A DNA stretch of 64,000 nt from positions 62,001-126,000 of the forward strand of contig RHPI01002368.1 in the NCBI GenBank assembly GCA_009103225.1, in the 5' to 3' direction. Source of the stretch: Chlorokybus atmophyticus (taxonomy: Eukaryota > Plantae > Mesostigma and Chlorokybus algae). The translations under genes were made by a program, and so were the position numbers. Shown here one piece after another: positions 1 to 15,903 of the stretch (position 1 is its first letter; each line of letters opens with the position of its first letter). The notes beneath the pieces were generated by a model, which saw nothing but the letters and a program-made list of their open reading frames with translations, did not search any database and was not told the DNA's origin.

Positions 1-78
1 ATGCGTATATGTGTGCGCACACACATCTGTGTGAGTTTGTGTATCAGCATGCTTGTGTGAGAGCATCATGCACTGTAC

Positions 79-525
79 CTCGATGATGATGCCATTGCGG
101 ACAGTCACGTTGGTGACGTCCATGAACACCCTCGAGCCGGCAGATATCGTGACCGTGTCATTGATGTAGTTGGTGGTTCCGAACTTCACCGACCAAGCGA
201 TGTTGGCCTGCACAGACAGACAACAATGTCAGTATTGTGTGTGTATGTGTGTGTCGTCGCTCTCTCTGCACAACAACCTCACCTGTCTGTTTGGGCATGA
301 CACTTGGGGTGATGTTGGCGGTGGCGCCTTGCATCCGCAGCATTGGAGCAGGAAGGGCCCTGTTGTCGCGTCCGCGGAGCCGATATCCGCAGAGATGTAG
401 CCGAGATCAGCCTCGTAGGCATCAGTCTCGTAGGCGTACGTGTCGTTGTTGGCGAGGGCGGAGCCAGCAATGGACGATATCAACAACAAGGACAGGAGAA
501 GCAGAGGCAAGCGATGGTGCTTCAT
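79..525 (-). CDS. Secreted protein, probable G8-domain protein (5' two exons 525-283 and 207-79; gene runs off the window)
   Basis: ATG at 525, signal peptide MKHHRLPLLLLSLLLISSIAGSALA. GT-AG intron 282-208 (phase 0) joins ...SCPNRQ to ANIAWSVKFGTTNYINDTVTISAGSRVFMDVTNVTVRNGIIIE, followed by another GT. The TVTIxxGxxVxxD...IIIE(G) pattern resembles the start of a G8 domain (PF10162), judged by eye. Confidence 0.6.
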
Positions 526-1528
526 GACTGGAAAAAGAGAGCGCATTGAGGGGGAGGCCAGTCTTCAAGGTTGGAGCATGTTTGGTGGTGTTGATTGTAC
601 ACCACCAACAACACCCTGTCCTCCGCCGCCGCCGCCGCCACAGCGCTGGTGGTAGTGCTGCACACAGGCCGGTTGTTTAAGGAACAACTTGCTGCTGCTG
701 TTATATGAGGGGTCACGTGAGCTGATATCCTCATCAGTTTAAGCAGAGTCTTTGCTATCCACCGCAAGTTGATATCGGTATTGTCGGTTATTCCGCTTTT
801 GTGCGTAACCGTCCTGGTGAGTACTTTACTGGACCCCGGGTAACGACGTCTTCGATCAGTTACGAGGGTTTCAACCGGGGTTCGTACCTGGGAACGCACT
901 CATCCCTGCTTGTGGGTGAGACTTCAACCATGGTCAACTTGATTGTGGTCATGTCGACAGCTAGTTGTGGGTCGTTGTGATGATGGCTTTGTGCCTACCA
1001 TCATCTACGCGCTTGTCATTATGGCTAAAGCCGACAGTGCTACGTGGCAGGCTGTTTACCGAGCCGGTCTCAACTACTTGACGAAGCCTTATCCCCAACT
1101 GCTCCGTACGGTTGTCGGTAGCGCTCTCTGCGAAGGTGCAATTGAATTGTACTTTGGTAAAGTGTTTTATGCTTTTAGTATTGCAAGGCAGTGGTTTAGG
1201 TTGCCGAGCGGCTGTTTGTTGCGGAAGAGTTCACTCTGGAGTTGATCGGCTGGTCGCATGCTGACAGATTTGACGGTTGAATGGAACAAGTCTTATGAAC
1301 CGGGTACCGGCCCAAAGTTACCGTATTTGCCCGGATAGAAGCCCCCCCTTTTTACAGAAGCCCCCCACCCCTTTTTATGAAGGGGGCTTGTATTGGGCGG
1401 GGGCTTGTATCAAACGGGGGGGGCTTGTACTTGGCCCTAGCAAGTTACGAGATCACGCCTGCGTAACTTGATTACGATTTCCAGCGGCGCCTGGGCGGCG
1501 GCGTAGCTTGGACGGCGGCGGCGGTGTC

Positions 1529-3613
1529 ATGGCCGGGTTAAGGCAGGAGGCGAGGAGGGCGGCGGCTAGGTTAGCTGAGGAGGCGCAGGCAGCTGCAGCC
1601 GCAGCTACTGAGGCGGCGGCGGCGGCGGCGGCGGCACTCAGTCATTGCACAGTTATTGCATATAACCACTGCTCTCCTGCCATGCTACATGATGCGCATT
1701 GTCTCTGTCACATGCATGTACTCGATGGACATGCATGCACTCAGTCACATACATGCACGCAGTCACATGCATGTACTCGAGTCACATGCATGCACTCAGT
1801 CACATGCATGCACTCAGTCACATAATTGCACTCAGTGCACGTGAATGCACTCGGTCACATGGATGCACGCAGTGCACATGCATGCACTCGGTCACATGGA
1901 TGCACTCGGTGCACATGCATGCACTCAGTCACATGTGTCAGTCACATCCGCACTTGCTGCTCTCTTCTCACTCCCCAACTATTTGCAGCAAAAGGTTTTA
2001 CGCCTGCTGGATCAAGGCTGGTCCAAGAAAGAGGTTGCACGCAAGACAACCGTGTCAGCGAAAAGCTTGCGCAGATGGGTGGAAAACAGAGCTGCCATTG
2101 AAGGCAACTCACAGGTGCGCTTTAGGCTAAAGGGTGGGGGCAAGGCAGCCGAAGCTCCTATGATTGACGAGGGATGCATAGAGTATGTGATAGATTAACG
2201 CACAAGAGGGCTAGCAGTCAGTGCACCAATGGTTCAGGTATGAACATGTCTTGCATGCGTTGGTTGTATATGTGACTGTGCAACGTTGCAATAATGTGTT
2301 GTATGTTATAAACAGGAGCATGCGCGCAAATTGATCAGAAGATGGAATGAGGACCATGATGAAGAAGAGCAAGTCACTATCAAAGCATCCTTGGGTTGGC
2401 TACGCCGCTTCATGAGGCGGCACGATTTGGTGACGCGAAGGCGCACCAAAGTTGCTCAACGCTTGCCCAAAGATGTGGTTGAGAAAGTGGATGCCTTTCG
2501 GCGGTATGTCACCACAATGCGTGCTGCCAACAAGTATGGCCTGCCTGCTATCTTGAATGTAGATGAAACTCCTATGCCTTACAACCTCATTGCCGGCACA
2601 ACCATCAATCAATGTGGTAGTAGAGATGTGCATGTGAAGGGTACTGGCCATGAGAAGAAGAACATGACAGTGGTGCTTGGATGTGCGGCCGATGGTTCCA
2701 AATTGTTGCCTGTCATCATATTCAAGCGCGCAACCGTGCCGCGAGACCTCAAGCCAGTAGGGGTCATTGTGTGGGCCAACCCAAAGGGATGGATGAATGA
2801 AGCCTTGTCGCAGTTGTACGTCCAACAGGTGTTGAAGAAACGCCCCAAACAGGTGGGTAGTTGTTGTCTACACACAAGTGTCAGTCATGCATGTGTGCTC
2901 ATCATGCTTGTGACCGTGCGCGTGTATGTGTATGGCAGGTGTTTGGTCAGCGCGCGCTGTTGGTGTGGGATAGCTTCAGTGCTCACTTGTGTGACAGTGT
3001 CAAACAAGATGCTCTGCATGCGCGCATTGATATGGCAGTCATTCCTGGTGGTCTCACATCGATTGTCCAACCCCTTGACGTCTCAATCAACAAGCCTTTC
3101 AAGGGTTTGATGCGTGCTGAGGTGAGAGAAGTGAAGCCTGTTGCGCGTGTGTGCATTGTAAGATGATAAAGTGCTGACTTGGGCATTACACAGTTCACCA
3201 TGTGGATGGCGGATGCCAGCCAGCACACCTTCACACCAGCTGGGCATCAACGCCCACCAAATGAAGCACAGTTGTGCGAGTGGGTTCGCAGAAGCTGGGA
3301 GAAGATTCCCGTTGAACTCATCAAGAAGTCATTTGTCAAATGTGGTTTGAGTCATGACATGGATGGCATCCAGGATGACATCGTCGACGAGCATCTGCAG
3401 GTGGTAGGAGAGGAGGAGGATGAGCTTCTACCCTTTGAGGAGCTGCCCCTTGAAGAGCAGCAAGTGTTGAAGGATGCGGAGAATGAGCGCGCAGCGCGTA
3501 TGGAGAAAGAGAAGGAAGTCTCCAAGTCTGCAGTAGATGATGAGGGCAGTAAGAAGGTGCAGGAGATCAGTAGTGACAGTGAGTGCCTTACTGACTCAGA
3601 TAGTGAGGTCTAG
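1529..3613 (+). pseudogene. pogo transposase (HTH + CENP-B HTH + DDE_1, DD35D), spliced, one in-frame stop
   Basis: GT-AG introns 2238-2315, 2853-2938 and 3122-3193 join KASLGWLRRFMRRH, VDETP, WDSFSAH and QPLDVSINKPFK in frame, with 35 residues between D2 and D3. TAA stop at 2196-2198 (VID*RTRG). The start at 1529 and the first intron are uncertain. Confidence 0.85.
1690..1945. repeat. Degenerate tandem repeat of ~18-20 bp (GCACTCAGTCACATGCAT), probably intronic in the pogo gene
   Basis: Repeated gcactc(a/g)gtcacat(g)cat units visible directly. Confidence 0.75.
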
Positions 3614-4975
3614 AGGCTGTATGTTCAGAGTGTGTTGCTATATTGAACACTTCCATTTCAGCATTATCGTGCATGCATGCAGTGTTGAAGTTTATGCCTT
3701 ACTCATTGCACACATACGCTTGCTCAATGCACATGATCTATACATACAGTTTGGGTAAGAGCAGCTGGTCTGAAAAGGGGGGCTTGTAAACGGTCGGGGG
3801 GGCTAGTAAGTGTTTACACAGGCCCACCACCTTTTTTTGCCAGGGGGGCTTGTATTCGGGGGGGGCTTCTATCCGGGCAAATACGGTATATCGTATTTGT
3901 CTCTGATGTAAGGCCCAAATCTGTACCGGTAGGCATCTTGGATCTTGACGAAGCCGCTCAGCAAACGGTGAGAAAGGGAGCGGGGGGGGAGGCGGGAGGT
4001 CATGAGTGTAACACATATCTTTATGAATTGTTGTATGAATCAATGACAACATGTAAATAAGGCTTCCATCAAGTATCTGACACAGTATTATAATTTATGT
4101 ATTAAGACGATAATGAACATGTGAATTATATCAGCATTCGCGGTGATATGCGTGATCACACATAAAAACTCGCGCAATATGGTTGTCATCATGATGTCGC
4201 ACGCGCGTTTTACATCAGTTCTAACGATGCAATACTATCATGAACACGATGGCTGTTAATATATGTATTGGACTCAATCACAAATCTTAGCAGTCCAATG
4301 GAAGGTAAATAAGCAAACTGTGTGTACACAAGGGGCCATAAAAAGCAGATGTAAGATTATGACCTCAAACACAAGTAACGTGCGATACCGCCCCCCCCCC
4401 CCCCCCCCCCCCCCTCCTCGCACTNTTGCAAAAATGTACATCAGTTGTTGCTTTGTATTCATGCCATTGTCACGCAAGGTGAAGTGCAATGCTTCAATCG
4501 CGACACAACATTCTTAACCACGATGACGTGTTTATACTTATAAGAGCCTTAGTTTATTGAAAAGCAATCATCGGCTAAAGACTTGTACTCGAGTAAATGC
4601 AATGATCGTAGTCAATCTTTTTCGACCAACATCTAAATGATAATACATGCGTGCGATGCAGTGTCATGTTGCTTTTGAAAACTTGTTTATATTGCACTTG
4701 GTCACTTTGCGAAATCGTATTGGCAATGTTTATATGCAATTCTGTATCATGTGCTGGATGACTCGTTGTGCAAGTTTAAGACACTTAAATCCTCTACACA
4801 ACATCATATTATTATATCAATAACCAAATTTTTGTCATCTGATTAATGATTTGGTTACGAATAGTGTGCATATATGCCGCATGAACAGCAGCTAAAACAA
4901 GCTTGTCTATGTCGACAAATCAACAATTTGCATTGCTAGCATTATGCTAATAGCTGTACTGCTGTTATGATGATG

Positions 4976-5685
4976 NNNNNNNNNNNNNNNNNNNNNNNNN
5001 NNNNNNNNNNNNNNNNNNNNNNNNNNNNNNNNNNNNNNNNNNNNNNNNNNNNNNNNNNNNNNNNNNNNNNNNNNNNNNNNNNNNNNNNNNNNNNNNNNNN
5101 NNNNNNNNNNNNNNNNNNNNNNNNNNNNNNNNNNNNNNNNNNNNNNNNNNNNNNNNNNNNNNNNNNNNNNNNNNNNNNNNNNNNNNNNNNNNNNNNNNNN
5201 NNNNNNNNNNNNNNNNNNNNNNNNNNNNNNNNNNNNNNNNNNNNNNNNNNNNNNNNNNNNNNNNNNNNNNNNNNNNNNNNNNNNNNNNNNNNNNNNNNNN
5301 NNNNNNNNNNNNNNNNNNNNNNNNNNNNNNNNNNNNNNNNNNNNNNNNNNNNNNNNNNNNNNNNNNNNNNNNNNNNNNNNNNNNNNNNNNNNNNNNNNNN
5401 NNNNNNNNNNNNNNNNNNNNNNNNNNNNNNNNNNNNNNNNNNNNNNNNNNNNNNNNNNNNNNNNNNNNNNNNNNNNNNNNNNNNNNNNNNNNNNNNNNNN
5501 NNNNNNNNNNNNNNNNNNNNNNNNNNNNNNNNNNNNNNNNNNNNNNNNNNNNNNNNNNNNNNNNNNNNNNNNNNNNNNNNNNNNNNNNNNNNNNNNNNNN
5601 NNNNNNNNNNNNNNNNNNNNNNNNNNNNNNNNNNNNNNNNNNNNNNNNNNNNNNNNNNNNNNNNNNNNNNNNNNNNNNNNNNNNN
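4976..5685. other. Assembly gap (N run)
   Basis: 710 N bases. Confidence 1.
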
Positions 5686-7911
5686 GAGGGGGGGTAAAAA
5701 AGGGGTTAGGGTTGTATTCAACGCGGTTGTTGTTATTATGCTTTCGTAGAGCAGCAGCGACGACGGCGGCTGCGGCGCTGAGCTTGTTGTTGATGAGAGT
5801 GTTAAGGTGTTTCTGTTGCTATACAATTCGACTTGGGAGTTGCATAAGACTGCATACACGTCTATGAGGGAAGAGGGGGATGGTGGTAAGCTTTTGATGG
5901 GCACTTGAGCACATGCAACGCGAGAGCAGGGCCTGCCTGCACCTGCTGCCAACCTCCCCAACCTGTCGCGCATTCAGCAACGCCAACTACAGCGCCAGCT
6001 GTAGGCATTTCGGCAGCGCCTACGAAAGGTGCTGTCCTCATCTGACCCCGCACAGCAGAGGACGCCGCTCTTGAGCCATGGCAAGAAGCGCAGCCTGTCA
6101 CTCTACCATCTGCTCGTTTCGTGCAGTCCCTTACGCTCCAAAACAAGCTCGCCTTGTACAAGAGCTCCAATCCCATCTAGCTGTGCGGTCGCATCTGCGA
6201 GCTCTGGAGAGGCAGAGACACGGGATGGGTGAAGGCAAAGGTGAAGGTGAAGGTAGCATCAGTGATTGTGTCCGCAATGCATAACTGTTCGCTTATTTGG
6301 GGCGTCAGTCTATTACATCCTCTTGAGGGTAATTTTGACATGCGTCTAGCTGTTAAGTTCACGCTTGCATGCGTTCCGGACGCTACTCTCAGTGCTACTG
6401 ACTCGTTCGCTGATTCTGAGGGACATGTGCGCAAGATTCCACATCTGCACCATGCAAAGGACATTGGTAATGACACTGATTGAGCGCCACATCAATTGAA
6501 CGCCGCCCCGTATTAAAATGCTGCTGACGTCATCATGGCCATGGACGCATCCTTAAGTTCACGCACAAATCGCGCCAGTATGCCTTTTCGGACTTGGCCC
6601 GCGGCAAGATCTTGGGCTTTATGGGAAAGCACCTGCTGGACGACATGCATACTTTTCTGTTGCGTGGTTTACCCCTATGTGGACACCAGCTCCATATCAG
6701 ATGATGCTGCAGCACTCGCGTGGTCCCTATTATGTTGATATATTTGACAATGCGGCTGCAAGCTTGTTTGGCAGGGCTGCGAGACTTGATGCCAGGGTTG
6801 TACAGTGAGCAAGCTCAGGCTCGCATGCGAGACCGGGGTCTCGAGCAGCAAAGGTGAGCTCACATGTGCATATCTTAGTGGCGTGTTGGGCATACCATGC
6901 ATTATTCTTCTTGTAAGAGGTACCTTCAAAGCCTGGTAGATCATAATGCCTGTTCAAACGCGCTTGGCAGCTGTAGGTTGAGGCGCATGCGCGTGTGCGC
7001 AGCTGCGTTTGTATGCGTGTGCGTGCATAGCGATAAGCATTTTGCACATTTTCAATCCCACACTCATGTGCTGATCAGCCAAATGAGGGTTTTCAATAAA
7101 TGCACACATTGCAAGGAATGCTCTAGTAAGAAAATGGGTTTTTTAAAAAGTCTACAATTATATGATGTTACCTAAGTTATATAAAAACGATGTTGTTGTT
7201 ATCGGCCATGGCCGACCTTGTGAAAATTGAACTTGCAAATACATATCATTATTCAAAGTCTTATACATATATATATATATATGATTTTCACGCCTCAACC
7301 TTCACTCCTGCCCCTGATTTGTAACCTTATACGCGTTCCTTAAACTGGATCTGCACCTGTAGTCGAGCTTGAAAGACATGAACCGCAATACACAATGCAA
7401 GTATGGTATTGAATATCATTTTGATGCGATGCAGATATTATCATTTGCAACAATAGATATATGTATTACATTATGATCTTTTAGTGTTGCTCGTACACAA
7501 TGTGTAGATTACTATCATGTATCATACTAACACATATGATGTGCTTATGTACGAAAAGTGCACTTGATCATAGTAGAAGGCAACGTCTGTGGCGTAACCA
7601 ATCTCATTAACGGTTGTTATGCTTAACTACTTGAGACGTTCGTGTGTGGGCGAATAGGACTTCAACAAGCATACATAGGGTGCATTGTCATGCAGATAAC
7701 CATAACGAAAATGCACATGGAGTTGTGCCACTGTTCAAAAGGTGTACCACAACATTTACAAACTTTGGCTATTAACTCTAGGTATTCGTCATCAATAAAT
7801 GAACAACCTGCGCAATTGTTCCTAGCCACTTGGTAGCAAGCATCGAGCGACTTTGACCGCCGCGGTCGACCGGACGGAACCCCAAACGCTCAGCCGCCTC
7901 CATGTATAACC

Positions 7912-8072
7912 TAGGGTTTCACCGTACACGCAACCTCACTTTCTATGGCCGATCGTCACTGTGGGCTTCTGGCCGTTCAGAGGGGTTGAGACCCTAACAA
8001 TCGGACGGTGTAGGCACGCTCTATTGGGGCTTTGGCAAACGCTGAGGCCAAGTAAGGGTCTCTTTAGGGTTT
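7912..8072 (+). promoter_or_regulatory. Telo-box motifs upstream of RPS15
   Basis: TAGGGTTT at 7912-7919 and TTAGGGTTT at 8064-8072, upstream of the ATG at 8117. Telo-boxes (AAACCCTA) are established in plant ribosomal protein promoters. Confidence 0.6.
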
Positions 8073-8116
8073 GGGCGGTGGCGGCGGAGTCGGCGGCGGC
8101 GGACGGCGAAGACACC

Positions 8117-9170
<1,054 letters not shown>

Positions 9171-10439
9171 TTGTGCGAATATAGGGGACTGGGACTAGGG
9201 TTGTATGTGTGTTATGCGCTGAAACCTGCAGAACACAATGCAACCAGCCCGGTTTTTGCATGCCATCTGTTCTAGCTGTTCTCTTGTGTGCTCCGGTGTG
9301 CCCTTGTTTCTGAGCTGGTTTTAATGTAGTGTGATCTTACTTCATCTTAGGCATGCAGTAACAACATCTCTGCTGGGATTCTGCGTCTGGTGTAACCATC
9401 ACTCGAGATGTTAGCCTGCTTGGGTCCTGCTATCTGCAGCATGCCACTAGGTTGAGCATCGTTGCCGCGCCCTTCTTTCCGGTTGTGAAATCAGGTTGCC
9501 TCTGGATTCTCGTAGTGCCAGCTGTGCCATTGGTTACCAAAACCATCACCTCCAGCAGGCGCGCTATCAAACTGGAGCAGTATACGCACCACCAGTTGGT
9601 GTTGGCTGCATGGTGTCGTGGAGGCTTGGGCATGCTGGCATTGGCACAAATGCTATGGTAGTGTAGGTAAGTTGCTTGTTGCTTGACAATGAACACTTCT
9701 ATATATAATGTTAATTCCAACGCAGCAAAATACAGCAGAAGCAAAGACAGTGCATGGTGCGCGCGGTCTCGTGGAGTGCACACGGCAAGTATGTGTACTC
9801 ACCCAACCCCACCACCCAACCCAAGCAGCACCTAACCAGCCCAGCACCCGAACCGAACACAGCACAACCTGTGCGGAGGGGGCAATGGACCAGGCACTGC
9901 TGATGTCGGCAGTGCAACTACGACGCAACCCAGCAAACCCTGCTGCATCGCTTGCAGAGGGCGAGGAAGGCGGCGGAGCCAGGGAGAGAGAGGGAGGGGG
10001 AGTCCTGGTCGCCAATTTGCATGCTGTCTGCGTGACCAAAAGCGCCAACAACTAACCAACGCCCATGTGGGCAGGTGATTACCAACTGCATATTGACTGC
10101 TGCATGTCTAACGGGGTAGAGGCAGTAGATTAGCGTGCTAGTAGTAGCCCGGTGGTCAACTAAATGTCATTTGTACGACACCTTGCATGTGTTGCTGCGT
10201 GCTGACTGGACTACACGTTGTGCATGCGCATGCATGTCCTGCATTTAATGTACAACTGCAGCATGCCTCGCACAGTCATGGTGCACATGGCAACGCATGC
10301 TCCAACAAGCCAGCTTCCCCGCACATGCGCAGCAGACCATAGCTGCCAAGGCTCATCGACTGGGTAACACCAATGCGGGCAATTGGTGGTAGGTTATATT
10401 GGTATGACATCCACAATTCTCTTGCCTAACAACCTGCAT

Positions 10440-12900
<2,461 letters not shown>

Positions 12901-13437
12901 TAAGAGCGGATGCACTGTCCCATCTGCCAGTCAGCGCTGGCGGCGACTGTGCCAGTGACTATCCAGCAGCAAGCGCTCTGGCTCAATGCGTCACGTCACG
13001 ACTTGGATGTTCATGCCTGTGTTCGACAACGAATTGTACGGCACAACTTGTGCCATGCAATGCGGCATCACTAAGTCCACATTCCATTGAGATAATGGCC
13101 ACACATGTTACAAGGATGACTCAATGGGCTTGCGGTCATGTGCTTGACATTTGCCTGCTTGGTGGTTTTAGAGTTCACATCATTGCATGCATCTTTATGA
13201 CTGCAGGAGTAGTAGGCTAACTGTAGGCGGGCATGAAAGTGTGCTATGGATGTAATCTGCCTGCAATAAACTACAAGAGTCCGAGAATGTTACGCATTAG
13301 TATCTAGGTAATATCACAACAACGAGAGCGTGACCCTTCAGCCCTAATCACCCCTGCTTATACACCCACGTGCGCGGTCCAGCACCAGACCAGACCGCTT
13401 CATCAAGTGCAGCATCCACTTCCACTGCAACAGGGCT

Positions 13438-14312
13438 CTAAAAACAAGGAATGGTGGGGTCGTCGTAGCTGCACGCTCGCTGGAACTCGTATACGCAGGT
13501 TGCCAAGCAAGGGTCGTAGCCGTCGGTTCCAGGTGAACACGTGAAGCTGCTTATGATGCCATACTCGCATCGAATGAACTCTCTGCAGGGGGGAAGATCA
13601 TTCATCACAATGTGCCAAGGCAAAGATGTGAGTGGGATGTCCAGCTTACACACAGTGCCATGGTTGAGCTTGAGCTCGTGATCAGGCTGCATGTGTGATA
13701 TCTGTGTATATGCTCTCACTCTGCTGTTTGGTTGCTTTGCCATGTAGATAACAGAAGCAGCAAGGGNNNNNNNNNNNNNNNNNNNNNNNNNNNNNNNNNN
13801 NNNNNNNNNNNNNNNNNNNNNNNNNNNNNNNNNNNNNNNNNNNNNNNNNNNNNNNNNNNNNNNNNNNNNNNNNNNNNNNNNNNNNNNNNNNNNNNNNNNN
13901 NNNNNNNNNNNNNNNNNNNNNNNNNNNNNNNNNNNNNNNNNNNNNNNNNNNNNNNNNNNNNNNNNNNNNNNNNNNNNNNNNNNNNNNNNNNNNNNNNNNN
14001 NNNNNNNNNNNNNNNNNNNNNNNNNNNNNGGGGGGGGGGCGGCTATGACAATAGCATTGCACCGCGATTGACTTACTTGTCTGAAAATGGCAAGCATTTG
14101 GGAAAGAAGCCGTCTATTCCTTCACAGCTCGCAAGCGTTCTATTGGCGTAGGGACTCTCTGGATCAGACTGAAGCAGCCTCCTGCGGCCTTGCTGCTGCT
14201 GCACATTGATAACATTGTCGCTGGCGAAAGCGTTGGCGCCCACCATCATCATCATCACGACGACGACAAGCAGGGCAAACGCCATTGCATGGAAGGGTGT
14301 GCTGCGGGCCAT
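13438..14312 (-). CDS. Small secreted Cys-rich protein with CBM14/peritrophin-A-like domain (exons 14312-14077, 13582-13438)
   Basis: Signal peptide MARSTPFHAMAFALLVVVVMMMMVGANA, RRRLLQ motif, then SCEGIDGFFPKCLPFSDK^EFIRCEYGIISSFTCSPGTDGYDPCLATC. The phase-2 GT-AG intron joins in frame. An N gap (13767-14029) lies inside the intron and could hide an exon. Confidence 0.7.
13767..14029. other. Assembly gap (N run)
   Basis: N bases. Confidence 1.
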
Positions 14313-15501
14313 GACTGCTGTGCGGACTGTCCTGCACACATGCACGCGGGGGGCACATCAACGTTTTCGTTTACCCTCACAGGGACAGAAGCTGGCAAGC
14401 ACATAGGGCAGACTGGCACACAGGTGAGCGAAGCCATAGAAGTCACAGCGGCCGTTGACAAAGTGGCACATTATGATGCAGCAAGATGCACACGTGGGGA
14501 CAGGCACCCAACAAACGCACAGTGTGTGTGTCCATTGCACGCACACACGCACCTACGGCCGCGCACAGGTGCAGACGCCGATGCTGGGGTGGGTGGCCCC
14601 ACAGGGTGGGGTGTGCGCACGAGGTACAATGTTGTTGCCGCCCACAACTACAGGACGCAGCGCACGAGGTCTCTCGCACACACTTTGCCTCTTCTATCCC
14701 CGCTATCACCTTAGGTTCCTTCAAGCTTCCCACACGCACTTCTTCCAGTAGTCGGGCGACAACAACATCCGCGAGGCAGGCAGGCCTGGGTCACGCCTTG
14801 CCTTGGCGTGACCGCGGCCGTGTTTCCAATGATAGAGGGCACGCATGGGGTCCCCCATGATGGGAAGGAAGCGTGAAGCAAGCAAGCCCGTGACATTCCC
14901 CCCATGCCCCGTGTCGCCGCCCGCAGCTCTGGGGGTAAGGCAGGGTTGGGTACTACCCTACCCTACCCTAAGTCAGACTCAGGCAACTAGCTAAGCGTCT
15001 GACGTGACACAGCGCGTGCATCTGACTAGAGGAGAGGCTCCGTTCTTCTTGGCCTAGAGCTTCAAGGCGTACGGTAGCATCTTGGCGCGAATTGCAATTG
15101 CCTGCGCGTGTCGGGTGGGCGTGTGGGGTGGGGTNNNNNNNNNNNNNNNGAGGTATTGTTGCACAGCGCAGCAGCGCCGGAGTTTGACCGTGCTTTGACG
15201 CTGACTGTGCGTCATAGGTAAGGTTCGCACAGCGAGAGGGTAAGAGAGAGCGAGAGAGAAAGTGTCCTGACGGGTAGTCAACCTTGCGTGCAACAATTGC
15301 GGGTGGGGTGCCTGCGCTGCTCACCGCTCAGCAGGTTGGTTTATGCAACAACAATCGCATGCTTGCCTACCTAACGTGCACGGCGCAGTGCTAGTGCATG
15401 TGCGTCATTGTGTTAAATCCTTGCCNGTAAGAATGCCTCCTCCTTCCAACCATGTACTCTCCCCTGCCCTTACACTAACCTTTGAGCATGCGGCTGCAGC
15501 C

Positions 15502-15903
15502 ATGGCGGCATTCCTGAATGTGAATCGCTTTCAGCCAGCGCTGCTCCTGGTCACCATCCTGTTGGCTCTCCTGCTGCTGGTCGGGTCAGCTGCGGGCCAC
15601 AACACCCCCCCGCCACCGCCCTTTACACGCTCCACCTCCACGTACTACTGCCTCCGCAAGCCCACCGGGTTCTACTCCGACCCCAACAACATCAGGTTCA
15701 CTACCTTGCATGCATGCGTGTGTTCTGAAGCAGTGGATATGTTGTTACACCCCGCATGTTGATGATACTTATACTGTCGCTGACATGCTGGCAGGAGGTT
15801 TGTGATCTGCGTGGGAGGGTATGCGAACGGGGTGAAGTGCCCACACAAGTACTGCTGGAACACAACTCTGGCTGCGTGCGCATCTTGTCCACGTTGGAAT
15901 TGA
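15502..15903 (+). CDS. Small secreted protein (100 aa) with CBM14/peritrophin-A-like domain (exons 15502-15695, 15795-15903)
   Basis: Signal peptide MAAFLNVNRFQPALLLVTILLALLLLVGSAAG, short Pro tract, then YCLRKPTGFYSDPNNIR^RFVICVGGYANGVKCPHKYCWNTTLAAC. Phase-2 GT-AG intron; spliced length 303 nt, in frame. Confidence 0.75.

Larger units (their letters stand above)
1321..3886 (+). mobile_element. pogo-type (Tc1/mariner superfamily) DNA transposon, full length
   Basis: TIR CCGTATTTGCCCGGATAGAAGCCCCCC at 1321 is the reverse complement of GGGGGGCTTCTATCCGGGCAAATACGG ending at 3886. TA flanks both ends (1319-1320, 3887-3888). Repeated GGGGGCTTGTA subterminal motifs occur near both ends. Confidence 0.93.

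Noticed and set aside
4942-5973. Long ORFs spanning N runs (also 13438-14151 and 62895-63736)
   Set aside because: They are open only because N codons hide stops.
6340-7000. Coding-like stretches (e.g. QDLAAGQVRKGILAR on the minus strand)
   Set aside because: No convincing family motif or consistent frame; left unannotated.
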